Part shown: positions 55,042-64,000 of the stretch, one piece after another
Numbering within the stretch: position 1 is the first letter of the stretch
Layout of the letters: each line of letters opens with the position of its first letter
NCBI RefSeq assembly: GCF_000981445.1
Contig: NC_027216.1
Location: forward strand, 1,550,001 to 1,614,000
Reading direction: 5' to 3'
DNA length: 64,000 nucleotides
Source of the DNA: Babesia bigemina
Taxonomy: Eukaryota
Position numbers and translations under genes: made by a program
Notes under the pieces: generated by a model
Database searches by the model: none
What the model was told of the DNA's origin: nothing
What the model saw: only the letters and a program-made list of their open reading frames with translations

Positions 55042-57794
55042 ATGAGGCGTCGCGGTGGATTTTCCGACGACGAGGCCTATGGCAGCGACTATGGCCACCA
55101 GGCCATCGACCAGTGCAAGCTGCTGGAAGAAGCGCTCTTCTACGTCAAGGAACACGCGTACTTTATGCGTCAGGCACTGGTGTGTTACGGTTTTTACGTC
55201 CTGTCTACTTCGGTGATGTGCAACTGTGACCTACATTCGTGCCTCGGTGTACGATATGCTTGTTTTAGACTTCCAAAGGCGACATGAGCCCCTTTTGCGT
55301 CGTCTACGTGTGTTTGGCTGTCTGTTCCTGGGTGCGGAGTTGGACTTTTTTGCTATGCATAAGTGGCAGCTGTCGCGTGCGTTGAAACCGTTGATATCGT
55401 CTTTTACGTTTATACGTGTAACAACGTGAATCTTGCCGTTCGGAACTTGTTTTGAGTGGTCATTCTGTACCGTTGATGCATTTTACGATGATGCTAACGT
55501 TCGGCATCCTTCGAACATCAACGATTTATGTGGTCTGTCGATGGAGTGGGTTATCTGAGAGAACAGTGGTTGACGACGTGTTTGTATGCTACGTTTTTTG
55601 TGCCATCGAACCGCTGAAATGACCCGCTTTAACACTTGCTCAGGATGCAAACGACATCGGCGAGGCACTGAAGAGAGGCATCAATGTGATCAGCGAACTA
55701 CGCACGTCCAGTCTCACGCCTACCAACTACTATGAACTCTACATGAAGGTGTTCAACGAGCTGCAAGCGCTCTCCGAGTTCATGGGCAACGAGTCCAAGC
55801 GCGGCATGAAGCTCAACCAGCTTTACGAAACGGTGCAGCAAAGCGCCTTCATTATACCGCGGCTGTACCTGCTCATTATGGCCGCATCGCACTGCATCAA
55901 GGGTGGTGTGGCTTCCGCCAAGAGCATCCTAGATGACGTCACGGAGCTCTGCCGCGGGGTGCAGCATCCCGTAAGGGGATTGTTTCTGCGCTACTTCCTT
56001 ATACAGCTATGCAAGGACAAGCTGCCTGATTCGGACCCAACGAACAGCAAAGGCACTTTGGAATCCTTTGAATTTCTGATGGGCAACTTCAAGGAGTCAG
56101 TCAGGCTCTGGGTCAGGCTAAACAGAGGCTGCACCAGCTGCGTGGACCAAAATTGGTGGGACAAGCAGCGGCTTGAGCTGGGGTTGCTCGTGGGCGCCAA
56201 CTTGGTCCGTATGGCACAAATGGAATCGCTGAATTGCGAATTCTACACCGAAACTGCCCTTCCCAGTATTCTGGAAGAGATCGCAGCAGTCAGCGATGTT
56301 TCGGCAAAGAAGTACCTTCTCGACTGCCTGATCCAGGCGTTTTCGGACGAGTACCACCTGAAATCGCTGCCGAAGCTTCTTAAGGTTATTGTGAGTTCGA
56401 TATCGTCCAACGAGTGTATCAACGTGCTCACTAACCTTATGAACAGGCTGTCACAGTACTTCAAGTCCGCTGATCTAAGCGGCGATGCTGTTAGCACCGG
56501 CGATGTGTTTGAGGTGTTTCACAAATACCTGAGCTCGGTTGACCTCCAAAACGGAATCAGTCTCAAGGGTTTCTTAGATTTGCAGGCCAGCTTCGTGGAG
56601 TTCACCACGACCGTGTACCCCGGTATCATAGAGCACGTCGAGGTCATTCTCAACCACGTGGTGAACGTGCTGCAGATATGTGACACTGAGAATATGCGGG
56701 TAGAGGGCGATGCGTGTGCAAGCATCATCACGCTGATCACGCTCCCACTTAGGTCATTAGGCCTGCGTTCGCTTGAGATGAAACACAATGACCCGCTCGT
56801 CGGCTTCCTACCGGCACACATGCAGAGGGACGTCGCCAGGGCGATGGTCGAGGCCATGATAGAGTCCAACCTCACCATTGACAGTTGTGACGCTTTCGAG
56901 ATCACAAGCCGTTTCCTGCTCCCATTTTTCGCTTCGCCTAATTCGCATGAAGAGGCGCATAAACTCAGGGACGACCAGCAGTACGTCTCAAAGCTGATAC
57001 AGATCGTGCAGTCCTACGACGCGACGCAACAATTTGGCATGTACCAAGCTCTGCTTGAACGCATGGTAAGAAGCGGGCCAATGTTCTACCGTCACAGCTT
57101 GCCAACGTTGGTCCTGAGATCTCTGGAGCTGGCGTTCAGACCCTTTGAGCTGTCTGGCGAAAGCACGCCTACCAATCGCGCCATGGACGTCGAGGAATCC
57201 GCTGCCCTGGCGATGCGGATATTCAAGTTCGTCAGCGACATGATACGTATGCTACAGCCATTGATACCGGAGAAGGCTCTCAAGTTGGCGATCTTGGCCG
57301 CGATATCGGTTAACGAGCTATGCGAGCTGCTCCGCTTGGATATGCACGACAGTGCCAACTACGAGCGTTTCGGAATGGCGTGCTACAACTTTATCGCAAC
57401 AGCCTGTGTCATCTACGAGGAGGAGGTTATTTTATCGCAGCGGCAGCACCAATGTTTGCTCTACCTCGTGTCGGCGTTCTCCTCAAAGATCACCGTGCTT
57501 AACGCCGAACACTATGGCTCCATGTCCATGCGCCTCGCGAAGTATTCCCTTGGCCTGCTCAAATTAGAGCACCAATGCGCCGCGCTGGCGCACGTGGCAG
57601 CAGCCTTTGCGAGATGCGATGACAGCTCCAAGGTCACCTGGGCGCTGCAGAGATCGCTTGCGGTGGTTATGCAGCACCAATTCACCCCCGAAGATCAGAT
57701 ACGCGCTGCTTTGTCACCTGTTCGCAGGGTCGCTCTACAACTACAATCGCAGTTCGACGTGGTTGACCTCGTGGAGGCCATTGACAGGTATTGA
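55042..57794 (+). CDS. VPS35: Retromer subunit Vps35, 2 exons
   Basis: DQCKLLEEALFYVKEHAYFMRQAL|D..., SELRTSSLTPTNYYELYM, IIPRLYLLI, RGVQHPVRGLFLRYFL; phase-0 intron 55180-55643. Confidence 0.95.
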
Positions 57795-57859
57795 CTGAGT
57801 GTAAGTTGAGGCCTGATGTAGACAAGCCATTATAAACAGAGAAACAAAAAAGTCAGTGT

Positions 57860-58096
57860 TTATCTCACGTTCGGTGTTCGGTGAGCGTGGGATGAAGGTA
57901 TTGAGAACCTCGGCGATAATACTTTTGTACTATTCATTTCCCTTCTCATTTCGTATATTGCAAATGGCGTTTCGTTAACTATTTGATTTCGTATGACAAA
58001 CATTTCGCGAATCAGTGTTACTAGAGGCGCACTATAAAAAACACTGTTGGTGTATCTACATAGTGTCAACAGAAAACACAACAATAACAAGTCCAT
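57860..58096 (-). CDS. Possible small secreted protein (78 aa)
   Basis: Signal-like start MDLLLLCFLLTLC; no other support. Confidence 0.25.
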   Translation of the reverse strand: MDLLLLCFLLTLCRYTNSVFYSAPLVTLIREMFVIRNQIVNETPFAIYEMRREMNSTKVLSPRFSIPSSHAHRTPNVR

Positions 58097-58233
58097 TTAC
58101 AAACAGAATACACGTTGATAACAGGCAATACCACCTAACGAAATGAATACGCCTCTTACAGCGGTGCTCCAGCGACGGCCTGGGCGAAGACTCAGAGTGG
58201 CCGTGCTAACGCAGCGCGCGTGAAGTTGGCAAC

Positions 58234-58392
58234 TTACACTGGCATTGCGTTGGGGTGCCCCTTTCTGCTGCCCTCGGGGATGGCATTGAGCCACCAATAA
58301 AACCTGAGCAGCGCGCGCAGAAACACGCCGGGGAATGCCAGCGATATCAGCACGAGCCATATCAACACCTCCACAACTGTGAAAGGCTCCAT
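58234..58392 (-). pseudogene. Orphan copy of putative MFS exon 1 (52-aa single-TM ORF if unspliced)
   Basis: Same sequence as 36210-36368, but the downstream MFS exons are absent. Confidence 0.5.
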
Positions 58393-59184
58393 CCTCACTC
58401 GGAATTCGCGGAAGGCAACGGCACGTCACGCCGCGTTGCTGCGCATCTCACGGCTGCGGGATTCCAGACTCCCAGTTCCCAGAATATAACTCAGCGATAT
58501 CACCTGGCTACTGCGTCGCAGTATGCGCCCATACTGCAGTTCGGAATGGCCGCCAGGAGCTTATGCAAGACCCCATGTGTGCCGTCGAGATTCCGTCTCA
58601 ATATCGCAGCAGCAACCCTCCTCAGACACGTGACTTAACTGCCCGCAATATCGACCTAATTATGCATTGAATAATTGGCGAAAGACTGCTAAATGTGCGC
58701 TATTTAATGCATTGCCGTCGTATGCCCGCAGGCTTGAAGGGTGTGTCGGCGGCCTAAGGGGAGCGATCCGCCGCAAGCTAGCAATCCACATTCATATGGG
58801 TCAGCACTAGCAATATCATAATGAGACACGTATAATCTGAGTGTCTGCATACCGTCAGCACCTGGTGGAATCCCGTGGAATCTCGCAGCTAAGCCGCCTC
58901 CCTACCGGACGAAGGTGAACTGCTTAGCTCACGGCGTACATCGCACATCGGCATACCGGGATTCCCAATAAATGATGCAGGCTGCGTAAATCCTTAAATG
59001 TATCTGCTTAATACTACAGCCGAAACTTAATACTACAGCCAAAACTTGTACTACCAAATATTGTTCTACCGTTGTGAAATCGCCTAGCTTTATCTAGGAG
59101 CTAGCCCGTATTCACGTGGTGGCAAACAAGGGACGGATATATACAGCAACAGGGGCGTAGGTGTGCTCCATCAGGTAATCTGCA

Positions 59185-60233
59185 ATGTCTAAGGCGTTTC
59201 GTGAATCTGTGCGTAACAGCATTTCAAGTAGGTTGCGTAGTGTTTGGTTGTTAATATGCGTCAGGCGTCGGAAGTGCCGTGAAGTCTAAGTTCGGCGCTG
59301 CTATTTTGTCGAAATATGGGTGGAAGGAGTAGGTGTTGTTGTAGTCAGGCTGACGGTGCGCAGGGGTGAGGGTCTCGGTAAGAACCGCGATGGCATTGTG
59401 GATCCTGTGAAGTTGCGAGCCGCTAAACACAACGAAGGCGTAGGTCGCAGCTATGTTATGTCGAGCATGTGCAGTTGGGTAGGAAGGATTCCGACCAGTG
59501 GCACAACTGGTGGGACGAGCTGTACAACGAAATGGCCAGCAAGTCAACCAAGGTCACCTCTGTAACGTCCACAGTAACGGATAAGGGAAGCAACACTGAA
59601 AATGGTGAAAGTGATTATTCGCATAGTGGCGACGACGAGTCGGCGGTAGACGCCAGCAGCTCGGAGCTTTCCTCGGATGGCGAAACGAGCTCCGACATCA
59701 GCTCTGAATCGAGCTCATCCGACGAGTCCAATCGCAGCGACGGAGCGCAACTACAGCATCATTCGTATAATAGCGATATATACCGCAAGCACAAGATGAT
59801 TAGAGTACGGCAGGATGTTGAGACTGTGGGTGGAGGTGATTGCGGCGACGCTGTTGCAAATCGCCGTAGCGACTCAGATCAGGAATACGCTGTGGAAGCT
59901 AATGAGGGAGGACATAGCAGCGACTCGTCTACAAGCGACTCTGGCGTATGTTCACGGACTAGAAGCTCTGGCCGCCGCATTACCCCTGTCGACGTTTTGT
60001 CGGGAAGCGATTCGGAAGCACCATCAGCTCCGAAGATTTCAAGCATCGGCAATGGAAATGCAGAAAATGTCAAACGCCAGCCGCGACACAAGCGCCTCAT
60101 TGCCTCACACGACAACAATGCAGCAGACTCAACAGCAGTGGCGGAGAAACGGACTAGTCAGGGACGCGAAACTGACGAGCGCAAGAAGTCACATCGGCGT
60201 AAGCGCCAGAAACAGAGCTCAAACAACGCCTAA
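59185..60233 (+). CDS. G-patch domain protein, copy 2 (4 aa longer)
   Basis: Same exon structure as 37161-38197; TCA replaces TAA, adding SNNA. Confidence 0.83.
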
Positions 60234-60678
60234 ACGTCAATATAATGATTACTGATTGTACACCTGTTTCGGTGTTTATACGTGTAATACTGTACAGAGG
60301 TTCTGTGCGAGAAGCACGTGATATGCTCATGCACCTTCAACGTGAATTACGGTGCTGCATCTAAAATCTTCCTGTGTAACAAATCTCCCAAATCCACCCT
60401 TTGGTGACGATTCAGGTTGCATATCGTCCACGTATTGGTACGGCTCCATAATATCAACGAACCTGGGAGTTCAAACACCCATGTTTATCAAAAGCATCCA
60501 ATGCTATATTGTCATCCTTCGCATGATATTTTCTCATGCCGTTTGCCAGTGTATAACACGGGCATTTGTTACCAATGCTGCATTGTATTAACGGGTACTT
60601 CGTCCGAATTGTTATCCTAAAATCCTTCAGCGGAATCCGCGGAAAATGATAGCGGAGCGCACGACTTGGAACATGATC

Positions 60679-60900
60679 TTAACGGAGATTTGATTTTGCC
60701 GTGTACTCTTTTATGCTGAAGTCGTGAATGGACATCCCGCTCTCCATATCGGAAGAGAAACACGAGGCGAAAAAGTCACGAACATTGTGTAACGGCCATA
60801 TCCTATGAACAATCATAATAGACAGAAAGAAAGTGAGTTGAAAAACAAAATAAAAGAATTTCCAAACAACCACTTGCGTGATCCCTTTTCCTTCACTCAT
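60679..60900 (-). CDS. 73-aa single-TM microprotein, copy 2
   Basis: Gap-free alignment to 38653-38874, 40/73 identical by hand count. Confidence 0.65.
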   Translation of the reverse strand: MSEGKGITQVVVWKFFYFVFQLTFFLSIMIVHRIWPLHNVRDFFASCFSSDMESGMSIHDFSIKEYTAKSNLR

Positions 60901-62882
60901 TTTCCTCACATCTTCCGCTCAATTGAGTTAATCTCGTGTAAAAAACGACGGCCATGGCGCAAGGAAGGTTGAGCGTGGAGCTGATCATTGCGATATCCTG
61001 GGCGGTGAGCGACACCGCTCTATTACTTCATTTTAATTGAATTCGGTATGTAAATCCATGTGGCGCAAAATTTGTCGACCACTGAGATGATCGTCGTTGC
61101 GGGATACCCCGCCAACAGCATCACTGCGCCAGCACAACTTCCGGCAGGCGTAGATAGAAACTCGGGTATTCTACATAATATAAATATGAAATATGTTGTG
61201 GCACAGCACGTAATCCCATGTTCCTCCAGCGGTGGCGAGAAGCTCCGGTGACTGCCCTGCGCAGGAAGCATTAAGAAAGCCACCATGTGACTTGGCTACG
61301 CGATAAATAACAAGCACATATGTGTTGCAGTAGTACTTGTGCTGTGACTAGCATCAGAATATTGCAACATGTGCGTTATCTCTCAAGCAATCTCGGCATA
61401 CATCGGCGTATCGTCGAGCACTGGCCTTCATGGTTCTACTGTTACATTTACATGTTATGATGCATTATATCCAATCAGCTAACCAACAACGTGCTCCATC
61501 GCGTGAGATTGAACACCTCACCGATGTGAGCTTCGATAGTAACCAGGCAATGAACAGGACGGGCTCGTTCACCCATCTGTTGTTTCCTGCGTAACCGGTC
61601 GGTGCGGAGATATGTTATCAGACGCCAGTGGAACGTATACGCTGTAAAGCGCCATGATTACATAACAATGCTGCAAATGGCGATTCCAACGTTGAAGCAA
61701 TGTGGAGAGATGGTGTGGAGGGTATCAGTCCACAAACATTATTGTAGGCGTTATGTACTATTGGCGTAGCACAAATATGAAAAGCGGTGAAGCGCAAAAC
61801 TGTGGGATGCCATGGAAGGCGCCAGATAACCCTGCTACATTGAAGTTACTTTGTTTCTAATATGTTAACATTCTACGTCCACTTGGGGAAGCTACAACAC
61901 GCCTTCCTACGGGGCCTCGGAGGGGCGATGAAAATCTGGGTACTCGTGGATTCCGCCTAGCAATCCGAAACATCGCTCTTCTACTGTAATTATCCGGGTA
62001 TTATGTAAATTGATGTCGTATTGTATGAATCACTTTTCGCGCTTTATCGGGATACAGCGATCACATTACGATGATGGCTACTATTATTACGAGCAGGGGA
62101 GCTCAAACTACAGCCTTGCGCATATTTCTATGTTTACTACATGGAGTACCACATTTTATGCATTTACTAACGCAATTCCCGTTAGCATATTATTCTAGAC
62201 GGATGCACATGCCGCATCCACATTCGTCTCCTTTTGGCTTGTCGCACTTGACTAATTTGCCGTATTTTACCTTCCCGTGGCCTTTGTAATCCCCTCCACT
62301 TCTGCCGATGACGTAGCCGTCGCAGGACCCTTGTGCGCATTTGTCACCACACAAAGGACAGCACCGACATCACGCCTTTGCATCGTCATCCACAGCTACA
62401 ACGATAGCGTACACGTGACGGCGCCTTTGTACACCTCGTGTTGCATCGTTTACAATTTCTTTTATTACAATGCTTTGGATCGCTCTCATTAAAAATTCAC
62501 CTTACAACCGCAACGCTGCCTCGGTTCGCTTTCTTAATTCCCCGGTATCTTCTGCTCTCCCTGCGTCAGCTTCATAACCGCATCATTACCGTTTTATACC
62601 GATTTCCCCAAGCAACGCATAGCGTCACTTAACGGTGAATGGAACGTGGGATGTACGTTTAATGCTGTGACGAGGTAGAGGTTTCAGGTGGCCATGGCCT
62701 TGCACGTGAATTATGGCCTACACTGACGGACATTTTGCGATTACGTGCCGACATACAATTCAATATGACCAGAAAGACAACTCATTGTACGTATGCTGCG
62801 TAGACGCCCCAACGGATAACTTCTACATCAGTTCTCCGAAGTCCTGATGTACCATTTCCCAGGCCACATATATGGTGCCACG

Positions 62883-63168
62883 TTAATAGTAGAACTGTGC
62901 CGATTGCAGAAGATAGCGCTTCAAGCGGCTCTTCGCAATGGCCTCCAAATTCCTTTTGATCATCACAATGTTGTGGTAATCCTGCAGACACGTTAGGTCC
63001 GGTAAAGGTGCATACGCGGCAGAGCCGCTGGCCTAGGCCGATCACGCGTTTAACCAAAATACAATAACCATACATAGCTTATTGTGCCTATATCGTACCT
63101 TTGCCAGACCACGAAGCTTATAATATGCGAATATGAGTAAGAACAGAAGTGTAAAAACAAGCGTTGAC
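62883..63168 (-). CDS. Possible last two exons of a small TM protein
   Basis: Exons 63168-63099 (STLVFTLLFLLIFAYYKLRGLAK) and 62981-62883 (DYHNIVMIKR...QFYY*) join in phase 0 via GTACGA...CTGCAG; start not found. Confidence 0.3.
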
Positions 63169-64000
63169 CTGCGGGTGATATGCTTCTGCCTCTCGGAATT
63201 CATGGAGACCATAAAACTACAACCAACCTTCCACTCTATAACATATATCTACGGAACAAAAGACAACCGTATACCATACAATGCAACGTCATTCAGGTAA
63301 CTCACGATGCGTAGAATACGTTAGGTTCCGTGAACACCCTGGAAAGCAGTATTGTCCAAATATCGTTCACTTTTCTCTGCTTAAAATCTGACCACGTTTT
63401 CGCAACAGCTGCTATCGACATGGTTGGACACTGAAGAAGTAAAATTAAGTGTGCCTCGTCAGGCCAGGGCCTAATCAGGGCGCAACCTCCCAGTCAGCGA
63501 TCAGTACAAATACACGGAAAGAGCCGTATTTTTGCTGGGAAGTCGAGAGTTACAGAATCATCGGTGCGTAAGGCACAACTAATCACGGTGCGAGACGCGC
63601 CATAGTCACGACATCGCGGTGCATTAAAACACAAATACCGCTATAGGCACGTACTCCACGGACCCAAAGACGCTTGGAAAGAGTAGAGTGAATTGAAGTG
63701 AAGCGGGAAAATAGTCGCATACGTGACTCGGTGTGACACACGGTGCTCGACACACATTAACATGTGGTCCCCGGCGCGCGTTGGCTCCTCGCAAAATCCA
63801 CAATCGATTTTCTATAGTCGCGTGTAATAAAAACAGTGCCGACTACTCGGGGATTCCGTTGCGCCATATCACCCGTTGTGTCGTGTTTTGTCTTTCCGTA
63901 AATGGAATCTCCAGTACCGGTGTGACTTCCTCAACTGTCCGGCGTCAAAATACGGAACTCCCGGAGAATTTTAGAATTTAGGCGTTTCCCGTTCGGCTGG

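Larger units (their letters stand above)
58127..61946. repeat. Segmental duplication copy 2
   Basis: Near-identical to 36103-39920. Confidence 0.97.

Overview
Eukaryotic, gene-dense sequence with many ~35-nt GT-AG introns. Gene content points to a piroplasmid apicomplexan, most likely a Babesia sensu stricto species (VESA1-related ORF, 6-Cys-like protein, plasmepsin-type protease); this is an inference. GC-rich housekeeping genes make up most of the window: CWC24, dephospho-CoA kinase, ArfGAP, RPA1, UFD2, LSM5, RAD54, UBC8, an aspartic protease, RSL1D1, a helical-repeat protein, TIM9, an MFS transporter, PRP6 and VPS35. Three AT-richer islands (~9.9-13.4 kb, ~38.2-48.9 kb, ~60.2-64 kb) carry lineage-specific genes. 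Most notable: (1) a ~3.8-kb direct duplication (36103-39920 / 58127-61946), almost identical except for discrete patches, one of which holds a 73-aa single-TM microprotein that is only ~55% identical between copies. The duplication also carries a G-patch gene and an orphaned MFS exon 1. (2) A divergent pair of small Cys-rich, TM-anchored proteins with identical Cys spacing. (3) A multi-TM transporter-like protein with a large Cys/charge-rich insert. (4) An 11-aa-repeat gene split by one in-frame TAA. No tRNA, rRNA, CRISPR or transposase was recognised. Exon structures were read by eye and no database searches were run.
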